DNA of 64,000 bases from Octopus vulgaris (taxonomy: Eukaryota): positions 9,486,001 through 9,550,000 of the forward strand of contig OX597822.1 of assembly GCA_951406725.2 (NCBI GenBank). Reading direction: 5' to 3'. This document shows positions 36,602-50,055 of this stretch, piece after piece (within the stretch, counting starts at the first letter, position 1; each line of letters starts with the position of its first letter). The notes below the pieces were generated by a model. It worked only from the letters and a program-made list of their open reading frames with translations, ran no database searches and was not told where the DNA came from. Both the position numbers and the translations under genes were made by a program.

Positions 36602-37080
36602 AAAATCAAAAGGAAAACAAACATGACGACTAACCTGCAGGCCTGCAACAGACGAAATTGGTCTGATTATGAAATTGATGTCTTAATTAACACTTGGTTC
36701 TCACTTTCCCAAACAGAAAATTGAAATGCTTTATGTTTGAATGAGATTGCCGTAAAAACATCGCAAATAGTCAACACACGATCCGTCAAACAAATTCGTA
36801 GCAAACTGAAGCATATCAAAGTCTCTTTCAAACTAACTAAAAGCCATTTTGAAAAACTTCTTTATATAATGAACTTGAATTTCAACCGAGGTATGATCAT
36901 TCTGGAATAGACAAATTCGTTCAAGGTAATCAAAATAAAAACAATCTTTATCAAAAATAAAAAAAAGCCGGACGGTAGCAACTCTGAACCTTCATCTTTG
37001 AGGGGAATGTTATCCAGTATTGAAAGATATCTGAAGTCAAAACACTACTCGACGTCACTATTCTCGGACAGTCATCAGTT
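35990..37080 (+). mobile_element. Crypton-like (DUF3504 tyrosine-recombinase) fragments, interrupted by a LINE 5' piece
   Basis: 36961-37072 reads KKPDGSNSEPSSLRGMLSSIERYLKSKHY; the link to the upstream ORF 36306-36570 is uncertain. Confidence 0.5.
36600..36868 (+). repeat. Near-identical copy of the LINE 5' end at 37942-38210 (Myb/SANT-like coding)
   Basis: One visible mismatch over ~268 bp; MTTNLQACNRRNWSDYEIDVLINTW; both copies follow (TA)n. Confidence 0.85.
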
Positions 37081-37233
37081 ATCAGTCATTTCAGCTGAAA
37101 ACTTAGCGCTATAAAGTCGGACTATCTTCCTGCGGCATGACATCTTTTACAGTTACACATTGTGACGTCACTGACGTGAAATCAAGCTGTATTCATGCGT
37201 GCCACGATGTGAAGAATTTAGTTATTGGGTTAA

Positions 37234-37854
37234 CCCCTTACCCGGCAGAAACGAATATGTGTTTTGACTGAAATCGATTTTTTCTATCTCTGGCGAGTTA
37301 ACTCGTCAAAAGATAGACTCGCCAAAATCGACAGCAAACGAGTTCCTTCGTCTATTATAAACTCTTTTTGACATATACGAGTATATTCGCTCACTTTATA
37401 CGTCTGGCAGTGACGATTTCTGCCACCTTTCGCTTGAGTAAGGCATTGAAGACCGAGTATGATTTAGTCACCTGGAGACAGTCGAAGGGTTGGAAGGCAC
37501 ATTTTATGAATAGAAGTATTCACTTTGTTTTTTTTTATACCTTTATATTATAACCCCACCATGTCGAGCTCTGATGATGATAGCGATTATGAAGCTTCTC
37601 TTGGAGGGTTGGATACATCTGATGAGAGTGAAAGTCTGTCAGAAGAGTTTTATTCAAGTGAAGAAACTGAAGATGAGGTTGAGGTAGATGCAAGAGACTG
37701 GCACCGACTTAGATTAGGAGATGATATGGCTCCGCCCCCTTCGCGCTTCCCTTTCGAAGCAGAAACAGGAGTACATCTGGATAATGATGCGATAACAATG
37801 AGTCCTTTTGATTTTTTTTCTTTGTATATAGATGAAAGAGTTATAGAGTTGTAA
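37234..37854 (+). mobile_element. piggyBac 5' fragment
   Basis: TTAA-CCC left end; acidic N-terminus MSSSDDDSD...PSRFPFEAETG...SPFDFFSLYID typical of PGBD4-like transposases. Confidence 0.65.
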
Positions 37855-37941
37855 TAAATACAGTATCCATAGGGAACTCGTTTGGTATTCTCTATATATA
37901 CACTTCTTTAACTCACAAGAAAGAATATATATATATATATA

Positions 37942-40820
37942 TCTAAAATCAAAAGAAAAACAAACATGACGACTAACCTGCAGGCCTGCAACAGACGAAA
38001 TTGGTCTGATTATGAAATTGATGTCTTAATTAACACTTGGTTCTCACTTTCCCAAACAGAAAATTGAAATGCTTTATGTTTGAATGAGATTGCCGTAAAA
38101 ACATCGCAAATAGTCAACACACGATCCGTCAAACAAATTCGTAGCAAACTGAAGCATATCAAAGTCTCTTTCAAACTAACTAAAAGCCATTTTGAAAAAC
38201 TTCTTTATATTTTCACTGTTCAAGCCTAACAACAACAAGAACAACAGCCACTCCTAAACTCTAGCATACTAGATGATTTACTGAATGCCAGTATCTATTC
38301 ACAGCTCTCACAGCAACCACCACAACTATCATCATCATCATCACCACCGCTGCCACCATCATCTTCTATCACCAAAAATACTACTAATAAAAAACCAAAT
38401 AAGAAACCACAGCTCTCTTCCCCCACATCGCCACCTCAATACTACTGCAGTAACAAAAACCTAAAAAAACATATGAAGCAGAATGCGCCCCCCCCCCCAC
38501 GGCACAAACAAGAAACCCCAAAATATGCCATTATTCAGAGGCTCTGCACAAGTAGTGACTGCATCTTCACACATCTACCTGGCACTAGATGCACTACCGG
38601 CCAAGGCCAAAGAATGCCTCAACAGCATTAAGTGCTTTATTCAACAGTGCCATTCTAGCAACCTACTCATGATGGGAGACTTTAATCTACCCTGTGTTGA
38701 CTGGACTACAAACTGTTTGAAACCAAGCACTCCCGCCTCAACCGCTGACAAAGAAGCAGCAGAGTCACTTTTCAACTTTATGAATGAGTTTTTCTTGTCC
38801 CAACTTGTCCTTGCACCAACAAGATATCAGAAGAACATTTTGGACTGAGTGTTTAGTAACCACACTAACACTATACATAACATTACAGTAGAAAAAACCC
38901 TTCTTTCAGAACATGACATAGTTCTCTGTAACATGAAATTCCACCAGCCGAAAGCTAATCCTAGTGACCTCTCTCCAGCCCACCCATTTGATAACATGGA
39001 TCTCCATAATGCCAACTGGGATGCAATCAGGAACAAGCTATCACATGTTGACTGGTCCTTTACACATACACACATCTCCACCAAGCATAAAACATCTTGG
39101 CAGATCTTTGTAGACACCGTCACAAACATATGTGCAAAACACTCCCCACAAAGACCTGTGAACAAAAAGTGCAGAATCCCCCAAAACAGAAAAACTATTA
39201 TCAGAAAAATAAAAAGAACAAACAAAAAAATTAACAAGCTAAAATACTGCCAACAGCAACACACACATTCCACGGCTATCGCACTGCTTGAATCCAAAAA
39301 ATATAACCTCCAACAATGCATGAAAACCCTCAACAATAACCAAAGATCAGTTGAGAAGTGGGCTATTGAAAAAAATCAAACTCAACCCCAAAGTGTTCTT
39401 TTCATTTGCGAGGAAACAGGGTCACTGTCTCCACTGTTGGCCCTCTAATTGATGAAAATGGCACTCTCCAAGATAATGTCAAATCCAGAAACAATACTGC
39501 TCTGTTTTCAGCAATCCTGATATGGCCGATCTGGGCTGTATCAGTGATGTCAACCCCCAACACACTATATCGGACATAACGTTTGGTGCCCCTGATGTCC
39601 TAGTGGCAATAAACGAAATAAAACAAAATTCAGCAGTAGGCCCCGATAGGTTCCCTGCTTGTGTCCTGAAGGTGTGTCGACACCAACTTGCATCTCCCCT
39701 TGCTAATCTGTGGAGAAACTCACTGGATGCTGGCTATATTCCTAAAAACTTTCTGTCCCAGTTTTCAAAAAGGGAAACAAGTCCCTTGCAGTGAACTACC
39801 GTCCGATCTCACTCACCTCTCATATCATCAAGGTATTTGAGAGGGTGGTGAGATCTCGAATAACTCAATTTCTGGAAAGCAACAGATGGCTGATCTCTAA
39901 CCAACATGGGTTCCGTAATGGAAGGGACTGCCTAACGCAGCTCCTGCATCACTTTGATGACATTTTGCGAGCTTTGGGAGAGGGCTCCAACACCGATGTC
40001 ATCTACCTTGATTTCAGCAAGGCCTTCGACAGGGTTGATCACAAGATCCTATTGAAAAAACTATCCAACATTGGTGTCGCTGGAAAGTTACTGAAATGGA
40101 TCAAGTGTTTCCTGACAGACAGATCTCAACATGTAGTTGAAGGAGTAAAATCAAGCCCAGCCAAAGTCAGTAGTGGCGTTCTGCAAGGCACTGTGCTGGG
40201 CTCACTTCTTTTCATCATCTACATTAATGACATTAATGACATCATCAAGCACAGCAACATAAAAATCTCTGCAGATGATTCCAAGCTCCAGAAGGTCATA
40301 AATGAGGCGAGTGACCGGACATGCCTTCAGTCAGATCTACAGGCTGTTATCCAATGGGCAGAAAAGAACAATATGCTGCTGAACGAGGATAAATTTGAGT
40401 TAATCCACTTTGGAAAAGAGGATGCCCTGAAACTCCCATACTCCCTTCCTTCAGGTGAAAATCTCGAGGCATCCAACAACATCAGAGACTTGGGAGTAAT
40501 TGTGGACAACAACATAAGCTGGGCCACTCATATAAACACCAAAGTTGACATGGCCCGCAGAACGTGTTCCTGGATTCTCAGAACTTTCCAGTCGAGAGAT
40601 ATCCACACCATTATCCTTCTCTTCTCCACTTTTGCCCAACCCCACCTTGAATACTGTTGTCCACTGTGGTCTCCCCACACAAAACAAAGTATCATAAAAG
40701 TTGAAGCACCTCAAAGGGCAATCACCAAAAAGATAGATGGCATGACAGGCCTCGACTATTGGGGTTGACTAGAAAAGCTAAAACTTTATTCTCTCCAACG
40801 TCGCCGTGAGCGCTACATCA
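37942..40820 (+). mobile_element. CR1/L2-group LINE (Myb/SANT-like ORF1 start, internal deletion, APE end, RT)
   Basis: GDFNLP, NILD, SEHD; 325-aa RT ORF 39791-40768 with NYRPISL, QHGFR, YLDFSKAFD, QGTVLG, SADD; ends YSLQRRRERY. Confidence 0.85.
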
Positions 40821-40966
40821 ATCCCCTCGTCTCTCTCTCTCTCTACCCCCCCCTCTGGCTGATCTGCCACCAGCTTTTCTCCTTTCTCCTCTCCCTCTCA
40901 GGTCAACCATCTTATCTTTCCTTCTCTCTGTTCCTATATTTCACTCTCACTGTATCTCGGGCAAAA

Positions 40967-41457
40967 ATGTCAAGGAACTGGTCTGTGAGGGAGTTGCAAT
41001 TGTTCGTCCGCGCCTGGAAGATTGCCAAGGGTGACTCGCCAAACAATATTATTGCAGCGGTGCTAAAGAGCAATGATTTTTCGAGGACCACCGCCCAGAT
41101 AGAGCGAAAGAAACGAGAATTTCTCCATTCATACGCTCTAATCAGGCAACACATGGACACTGTGGACATCATCCTAGGAGGTGACTGCACCAGGGAAGGC
41201 CAAAAGGATGAAGAAAACATCCAGGACCCAACAAAAAACAAAACCGAGAAACCTAGAAAACAGGGAAACAATGGCACGTGTCCAGCTCCCAACACAACTG
41301 AAGACCAGATGGCCGCAAAAAAAGGAAAGCACCCTAAAATTCATGGGAAACGAGGTAAAAGACAAGAAAACTAAAACTAAAACTAACACTGTTCAGAAAA
41401 GACAGAAGAACCCCAGCAAGAACTATAAGGGCAAAGGCAGAAACATCTGCAAATTCT
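40967..41457 (+). mobile_element. LINE ORF1 5' fragment (Myb/SANT-like, ends at the first CCCH)
   Basis: RNWSVRELQLFVRAW...RTTAQIERKKRE...NICKF; homologous to 50061 and 42929(-). Confidence 0.7.
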
Positions 41458-42929
41458 AATGACAAGTTCAAGCTGGAAAGATTCTGAGAGTTTCTTGTAG
41501 GCTGCATGTCTATGCTTTCATTTGGCCCGTACATGGTCAGCTCTACAATGTTGTGATCCGAGAGTAGTGTCGGTGTCACTTTCATATTATGGATGAGATC
41601 CATATTATTTGTGAAGCAGAGATCCAGTATGTTACCTGCCCTGGTTGGTTGGAGTATTACTTGTTCCATGTACAGGGTATTGATGAGGTTCAGGAGGGAC
41701 CTCGCCTGTCGTAGTTCACATTGTGTCATTCCTGGGAGAGAAAGGCCCTCGGGCCATCTGACATTGGGCAGATTGAAGTCTCCCATAAGAAGTACACTTA
41801 TGTGTTGTTCTAATGTGGTTAGAACTTCTATTTTTATAAGGCAGTCTTCAAACTTGCCCACATGGCTTGGGGCATCTGGAGGGCGATATGTAGCACACAC
41901 AACTACATCAAGTTGCCTAATATGTACAATTAGTGTTTGAGTATGACAAGAGGACCTGGGGTGTGAGGTCCTCACGGATGTACATAGCAACACCTCCATG
42001 ACTCCTTTCTTTCCTGTTGGTCCGTAGTACAGCATACTGTGGTATGTGTAACTCCGCATCTGCTATATCCGGTTTCAGGTGCGTTTCCGTAAGTGCTATG
42101 CATAAGGCTTGATTGCATGCAACAAAGTCTCTCAAGAACGATATTTTTGTCCTGTTACTGAGTGTTAGCAGTCCTCTGATGTTCAGTAGGAGCATCGAGG
42201 TGAGGTGTATGCTGTTGCCGGCGGTGTCCACCTTGGGTCTATTTGCTGTGGTGGTCTTGTATATTGTGGATAGTCCCATCTGAGAGCTTGGGTTTGATGA
42301 AGCCAGGTTAGCTGCACAAAAAAGATTCTTGTTCAGCAGCTGCCTTTTCAACAACATGTTGGTGGTTTGTGGCACGCACCACATCTGTGTACCTCCGTTT
42401 TGGGGCAGGTGGTGCGTGGTCCATCCCTTTTCCTTTTGGTAGTTGGTTTCTGACCTGTTTCGTGTCTCTGCGGCAGGGTCCCTGATGTGCAAAACGGCAG
42501 CCTGCACCTTCCTCTCCATGCCAGCAGGTACCTCTCAGGTAGAACCTACACACCCATGTGCACTGTCTGTTTCCATCCTTTTTGGTATATGGATAGTCAG
42601 TTTTGCTTCTATCCTTGGCTGTTTCATTTTTTGGTTTTGTTTGAGTTTTTCTTTTAGTTTTTCCTCCTTTTATTTCTTTTTTGGGTTTTTCATCTCCATG
42701 GCTTTTGGTGCTGGTAGGAGCACTTGCACTTGGGTTTACTTCCCGGCAGGTTTCTCACTTGAATCTTCTTCCCGGGTGTCTACCAGGTGGGGGTGACTTC
42801 TTTCATCAGCACCCGCGTCCCACTGCTCTTCAGCGCAGCTCTAATTGTATTGTTAGGATTATCTCCGTCGGCGCATTTCCAGGCTCCTACGAACAATGCC
42901 AATTTGTCACGTCTCCAGGTTCTGGACAT
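41458..42929 (-). mobile_element. LINE 5' portion (Myb/SANT-like + CCCH ORF1, APE)
   Basis: MSRTWRRDKLALFVGAW; CRFYLRGTCWHGEEGAGCRFAH; LLLNIRGL, ALTETHL, GDFNLP, NILDLCF, LSDH. Confidence 0.8.
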
Positions 42930-43344
42930 GTTGGATATTTTATTTATTTATCTATCTGTTAGTTTTAAGCTCCATCTCTTAGAATTTTGTTAAGTAAATT
43001 ACTCGCCTCTACCCCCTCTGCATGAATTCTGACCATCGTCCCTTAATTCCGACCGACCTGTTCGCTGTGCGCCCGCCCAAACCCACCACCAATACCGGAT
43101 ATCTCTCTATTCTCTCCCCTTCCCACCTTCTCTTAACTTCCCTCCCTTGTCCCTATGAAACGAAGCGAAGCAAAATGCTGCTGCTGCCATAACTACTATT
43201 ACCACTGCCTCTGCTACTGCTGATAGTGATATTGCTGCTGCTACTACAACTGCTGCTGCTGATGATGAATATTAGTGGTTGAGAATAAACATAAAATAAA
43301 CGTAGGCAAAAGAATGAAAAATCTAATAATAATTTAACATTACT

Positions 43345-44643
43345 TGAAAAGGTAGTGGGTAGCGAACTTCTTCACTACTTCAGGGAGTGACGACCCTGCC
43401 TGACACGAGTTCCGGGCTCGGCTGGCAGTACCCGGTATGGGCCCCTATCCAGGGTTACGGAAAGGAGACAACCTTCAAAGAAATCCGGAGTGGAGCCCCG
43501 AAACGGTCTAGTGTTCGACTCGACACTCTTCCGGCAGCTCCTGCAACCAAGCTGGTGCCAAACGTAATGCACTGCACTCCACTGGACTACATCAGCAAGG
43601 TCGAGAGAGGAAACCTGACGATTGGGCTACCCAGGACTTTCTTATCTATAGCCCAGGCCTGCGCAAAACTGGAGAGGACACTTCAATGCTGCTGTAAAAA
43701 GCTGCAGAAACAACACGGGAGGTAACAGTCACGAGTGATAAGTCCATTCAAATTGGCGTAAAATATGGGCGCTATGGGTTTCCTCTGACGGTGGGAGGGA
43801 CCTCCGTGTCCTATTGGTTAGCTACTGCCCACCTCAAGCTGGGCAGCCCCCAGTTAATAAGGTGCTGACCCGCCTCAGGCCGCCTGCTCCTTTAGGTGCT
43901 TGGAGCTAAGAGTATGGCTCGAAAAGCGGCCTGCAACCTCTGCACCAGGCAAGCAACTAAAAGTCAAGAATACACCAGTTCTGCGGTTGGCAAGCTGGAA
44001 TGTCAGGACCATGTGTCCCGGAATATCTGATGATCTTCTCAGGATTGAAGACACAAGGAAAACGGCCATCATTGACTGTGAACTAAAGAGGCTCAACATA
44101 GATATTGCTGGGCTGCAGGAGACAACACTTCCCTCAAACGGCAAACTCAAAGAGCAGGATTTCACCTTCTTTTGGCAGGGAAGCGATCCAGAAGAACCTC
44201 GTCAACATGGCGTTGGCTTTGCAGTGAGAAACTCACTACTCTCCTCAATAGAACCACCACCAGGAGGCACTGAGCGTATCCTCTCACTGCGCCTCTCGAC
44301 GACTTCTGGCTCAGTACATCTACTCAGCATCTATGCTCCCACTCTCTACAGCTCAGAGGAGACCAAGGACCAGTTCTACAAAGATCTCAACTGTGTCATA
44401 GAAAATATACCAACAACTGAAAATATCTACCTTCTAGGGGATTTTAACGCTCGCGTGGGATCTGACCATGATTCGTGGCCCATTTGTGTTGGACACTTTG
44501 GTATTGGCAACATGAATGACAATGGTCAGAGACTACTCGAATTCTGCACATACCACAACCTGTGCATCACAAACACATTCTTTACCAACAAGGCATCCTG
44601 GAGACATCCAAGATCTCACCACTGGCATCAGCTGGATCTCATC
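43345..44643 (+). mobile_element. RTE-clade LINE 5' UTR and APE endonuclease, 3'-truncated
   Basis: LRLASWNVRTM, IDIAGLQET, HGVGFAV, SIYAPT, LGDFNARVG, NGQRLLEFC, SWRHPRSHHWHQLD. Confidence 0.85.
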
Positions 44644-44962
44644 AAAATTTTTGTTTATCTTGTTGTTGAGAGAGGCTCCTTTTCTTTCCTGATGAGAAGA
44701 TTGCATAATGCACCCTTTATTCCTTCGGAATAAAAATATGCTGTCTTCAAAACGTGTCGAGAGTAAAGGAATTTTAACATCTTCGTTCGACTCCATTCTT
44801 TCATTTATTCATATACAACACACAAATTTCTACACATGAACCCAGAGTTTCTACCCTTGACAGGTCGCTTCAACCGTGTTTTCTGACGTGAATTTGCTAC
44901 CCTGGTTTCGGTTAAACGAATTTTCCATGCTGACGATAAACATAGGATAATTCATTCACCAA

Positions 44963-44965
<3 letters not shown>
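44644..44965 (+). mobile_element. Penelope-like pLTR / retrozyme-like repeat with degenerate hammerhead (44684-44763)
   Basis: Homologous to 13540-13857; CTGATGA is kept but GAAA has become AAAA and stem III is shortened; ends at (TA)n. Confidence 0.6.
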
Positions 44966-45005
<40 letters not shown>

Positions 45006-45060
45006 TTGACCTTTTCATTTTTCTCCTTAGTTGTTTTGGTCTCCCTCCAGCTTTTCTTAA

Positions 45061-47637
45061 CCCTTTCGTGTTCAAACCGGCCATATCCGGCCAGAATTAA
45101 TTCCCCTTTATTTGTTCAAACTGGCCAAATCCGGCCGTAAATGACCTCTCTATGAAATCGCTAAAAAAAATAAACAAATCACGTTATTAAATTCTCGTAG
45201 CTTTGAGATAATGCGAGATGAAGCCTTTATTCAAGTATAAATACTGTGAAATTGTTTCGACCACATGGTTATTTCCACGTTTGAAGAGAACTGCATACGT
45301 TTGTTGTGAAAAAAATGGTGTCAGCAAGTAGCGATTCCGACTTTGAAGGCTTTACCATTGATGATGTTGAAGATATCAACGAAAACAAAAGTATTTTGAC
45401 TTGGGATGAGTCTGATATTGATATCAGCGATTATTCGTCGGACGAAGAAGATTTCGATAACGAAAGTGAAGAAAATGAAAGTCATGAAAACGATAGTGTA
45501 AACAAGGCAACATGGTCGAAAATTACGACACCAGTCACAATTTCTGATTTTACAGAAAACACTGGTCCACACCCTCAACCACTGGATTATCTATTTTTAT
45601 TTTTACCTGAAAGTTTTTTTGAAAATGTTGCGGAGCAAACGAACAAATATGTGCAACATTTAATTTCTGTTCGTGGAAGAAGCAATCCGCTATGGCAGCC
45701 AACTAATACTGCGGAAATGAGAGCATTTTTTACAATCAACATTATGTTTGGAGTTAAACAGCTTCCTCGACTGTGGAACTATTGGAGTCCCGATGTAAGG
45801 TATGGCGACCCATATATTTCGAACATCATGTCGAAGACGAGGTATTCGAAAATATCTCAGTATTTACATTTGACTGATTCTTCCAATGCCCCCAACAAAA
45901 ACGACCCAAACTATGATCCCCTGTACAAAGTACGTCCTGTAATTGATTTACTCGTACATAATTATAAAACTATTTATTTACCTGGAAAAAATCTCAGTGT
46001 AGATGAAGCCATGATAGGATTTAAGGGCAGAGTACATGCCTGCCAAACCTACTAAATGGGGGATCAAGGTATGGGAAGTTTGTGAATCGGAGACGGGATA
46101 TTGTGTAAACTTCGATGTTTACACAGGTAAGAAATATAATGGGAAAAGACCTCATGGATTGGGACATGATGTTGTATGGTCCCTTACACAACCTTTTCAC
46201 CATCAGCACCGACACCTCTATTTCGATCGTGTTTTTTCTTCAGTGGCTTTGGCTGAAAATCTTGCACGTGTAAGCACTTACATGTGCAGCACTGTTATGG
46301 GAAATCGTAAAGGTTTACCCCATGAAATAAAAGCAAAATTTAAAAAAAGAGGGGACATTTTGCAAATGCAAAAACAAAATATATTAGTTACTGCATTTAA
46401 AGACAAAAGGCAGATTTTATTTCTGTCTTCTAACGAACAAACTGGTGTTGGGGCTGAGGGGAAACCCCTCGTGAATATTTGCTACAACAAATATATGGGT
46501 GGGGTAGACAAATCCGACCAATATCGGGCATATTACCCAGTTGGTCGACCTGGGAAGAAATGGTGGAGGTACATTTTGTGGTTTTTAGTTAATTTAACTA
46601 TAGTAAATGCACACATTGTTTACGTAAAAAGCCACAAAGTACCTCCGCCACCAAAAGACTACGACCACTTGAAATTTCGGGTTGACATTTGCATCTCAGT
46701 TACGTGAGGGCTTTTCTTCTAGAAAGCACAGAGCTGGGAGAAAAGCAAAATTAACTGAGGTGGAGGTCAACAGAGAAAATATTGACTTTCATCAAATGGA
46801 AAAAATAAATGGAAGGAAAAAAGTGTGCAGACTGTGTTCGTAGCAAAAACAAAAAAACTGCGAAAGGGTACCAGATCGAGACTTCATACATGTGTTCGTT
46901 TTGCCAAGTGCCCTTGTGTAAAGGGTGCTTTGGACAATTTCACGACAGAAATATGCCATAAATGTATAATTTTGCATATTCCTTTTAATTTTATAATATA
47001 ATATGTGAAAGTGAGAACTACATATTAATTTTCAGTATGTTACACACCTGTATTCACCTTTGTCTCACCTGTTAATGAGATTTTTTTATTAGATGCATTC
47101 TGTTACGTGAATGAATTCATTAAATTGTATAAGAGTGCATAGCCAATGGTATATTGACTAGTAAAAGAGTTTTGTACTTTCTTTTCAATGATGACGTTTG
47201 AATGAAATATAGAAAAAGAGTAAAATCTTGTACCGATTACACCTGTATTTTAATTAATTCAAATTAATGTACCTCATCTTGAAAAATGTAAAATGGTTGG
47301 CCGTTGACATCTGGGATAATTTTAGCAGCAAATCAAACAGGTAAGATGTATTAAGAATATGAATTTTAGTGTTTATTCATAATGTTATTGTTTTTACACC
47401 TGTTAATTAAATTTACCTGCCCATAAAAGTCAAATTTAGTGAGAAAGATCAGCTAAAATTACGTAATTATAAACCACTGGCATATAAGCACCCATTTACA
47501 AAGTTTCAAAGCTGTATGTAGAAAATTAACAAAGTTACAAGTAAATATTGTGGACACCCCACTTGAACCTGAATAAATCCAAATTAATCTGAACAGATAA
47601 GCATTACATTTGACAAGTTAATCTGAACACTAAAGGG
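45061..47637 (+). mobile_element. Full-length piggyBac transposon, 2577 bp, frameshifted transposase (~45316-46960)
   Basis: TTAA TSDs (45057-45060, 47638-47641); TIR cccttt(c/a)gtgttca; SVDEAM, YFDR, GGVDKSDQ; C-terminal Cys-rich domain. Confidence 0.92.
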
Positions 47638-48207
47638 TTAATTGGCTATTTCTCAGGTGTAGTGTGTGTGTGTAAGCATGAAGAATTTTATGGCAAATGG
47701 CTACATCAAACAGGAATTTTCCCTGACGTTTTTAAAGTTTCTCACTATTTCAAATGAGTACCTCATGCCTGGCTCATTAAGCCACAGTCTCCTACTTTGT
47801 TATTGATATTTCATTGCATTCTGAGATTAGTTTACACTGTTTCACCTGCCTTAGTATAAAAAATAGATACTTCATTACATTTTGTATGAAGTAGTCTTTA
47901 AAGAATGGTTAAATACTTTCGATAATTGAACCTGTCTGAAAATTGTCCCCAAGTTTGCAAGAATTAGACAGAAAGTTTTGGTTAAAATGCATACATACTC
48001 CACTCCCTTCTCATTCTAATGTCTGTTTTGTATATTTTACAGTTGTGAAAATTGCTGATGCAACACCCGAGAAAAGTTGTGAAGTTGAAAAAGAATCCAC
48101 TGGGAGAAAACACCCCAGGTACGTTGTTTATTATTTATGAATCTGACTTCATATCGTGATGAATCCGAATATTTTAACATTACTGAAATATTCCGCACGC
48201 ACGCATG

Positions 48208-48261
<54 letters not shown>

Positions 48262-48270
<9 letters not shown>

Positions 48271-49322
48271 TTTTTCTAGTTTCAGCTCAGAGCTGCGGCC
48301 ATGCTGATGCACCGTCGTTTTGTGCTACACTGTTATTACGATGAACCTCGTCTAATATGTGGCACTTGGCGAAGAATGGAGTTTGATACAGCTACTCTCA
48401 TTTGCACCTCCTGCCGTGAGGTAGGTTCGTCTGGGACTCTTGACAGGAAGATGTCCAGCTTTGATTTAAAAACCGCTACATCTACTTTGTGCAAGTTCCT
48501 CAGACTCTTTGGGAGAATATTAAAAAGCTGTGGGCCCTTAAAACCCAGGCTGTTGCAGGAGCTGGTCCTGAAGCTTGATGGCATTGCTGGGATCTTTGAC
48601 ACTATGCAGTGTCGTCCCGTTCTAGCATTGGTGTAGCTTACAATGCCAAAATTTGGCACAATTCCTTCCAGGATCTTCCAGACATATTACTGCATACCTC
48701 TCCCGTCTTCTCTCCAGGGAGTAGAGTCTTAGCCGTTTCAACCTTGACCCAGTAGCTGAGCTGTTGCAAAGAGACGATCTTCTTTGTGTATCTTCTCTGG
48801 ATTGCTTCAAGGTCCGCTGTTAATTTTACACTGGTGGGTGACCATAGCTGTGAGCAATAATCCAGACGAATGAGGACAAATGTCCGCCAGAGGACCATCA
48901 TAGTTTCCTTATCTCTGGTTCTGAATGTTCTCAGGATCCACCCAGCCAGTCATCTGCACTTTGTCGCCATCCTGGTAATGTGCACTTGGAAAGAGGTATC
49001 ATTACTCATGTTGATATCCAGGTCCCTCACAGACTTAGGCTCTGGGATTGAAATTCCCTGTGGACCAGTGTATCCTGTAAGTTTAATATTCAGTTTTGGA
49101 TGCTGGTAGCGCAGGGCCTGGAATTTTTCAGCATTAAACTGCATATTATTATCCTCAGCCCTTCTGTAGATTGAGTCCAACTCCTGCTGTAGGTGAGCAA
49201 CATCGCTGAGGTTCTGTATTTTCTGCGAGACTTTCGTATCGTCTGCATAGCTGGCCAGAGTGGCTATCCGGGCATTTGAGGGCATATCTGAGAGGGCCAC
49301 TATAAAAAGCAGTGGTCCCAAG
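48262..49322 (-). mobile_element. CR1/L2-group LINE 3' end with poly(A)
   Basis: LGPLLFIVALSD, SYADDTK, RLDYCSQLWSP, LRLYSLERRRERY, GPQLFNILPK; T-run at 48262-48275. Confidence 0.85.
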
Positions 49323-49467
49323 ACTAAGCACAATCATACACATACAGGAGTAAGGCCATATCATTGTGATATCTGTGTTGTATCATTGTGACAGGAGTAA
49401 TTTGACTCGCCATAAATATACACATACAGGAGAAAAGCCATGTCAATGTGATATTTGTGGTAAATCA
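49323..49467 (+). pseudogene. C2H2 zinc-finger gene remnant
   Basis: [14 protein letters not shown]...[25 protein letters not shown] (TGEKP linker), disrupted and running into microsatellite. Confidence 0.7.
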
Positions 49468-49469
49468 CA

Positions 49470-49511
<42 letters not shown>

Positions 49512-49614
49512 ATATATATATGTGTGTGTATATATACATGTGTGTATATATATATATATGTGTGTATATATATGTGTGTGTATATATATATATATATGTG
49601 TGTATATATATATA

Positions 49615-49645
<31 letters not shown>

Positions 49646-50055
49646 GTGTGTATATATATGTGTGTGTATATATATATATATATATATGTATATACATATA
49701 TACATATGTATATACATATGTACATATGTATATACATATGTACATATGTATATACATATATACATATGTATATACATATATACATATGTATATACATATA
49801 CATATGTATATACATATACATATGTATATATATATAAATATGTATATACATATACATATGTATATATATATAAATATGTATATACATATAAATATGTATA
49901 TACATACACATATATACATATAAATATGTATATACATACACATATATACATATAAATATGTATATACATACACATATATACATATAAATATGTATATATA
50001 TATAAATATGTATATATATATAAATATGTATATACATATACATATGTATATACAT
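49468..50055. repeat. (TA/TG/CA)n microsatellite
   Basis: Dinucleotide tract seen directly. Confidence 0.95.

Noticed and set aside
33016-44643. RTE 3' part (33016) and RTE 5' part (43345-44643) as halves of one rearranged element
   Set aside because: The breakpoints fall at a similar motif, but the overlapping residues differ (LIDYVIV versus QLDLI) and no shared TSD was found.
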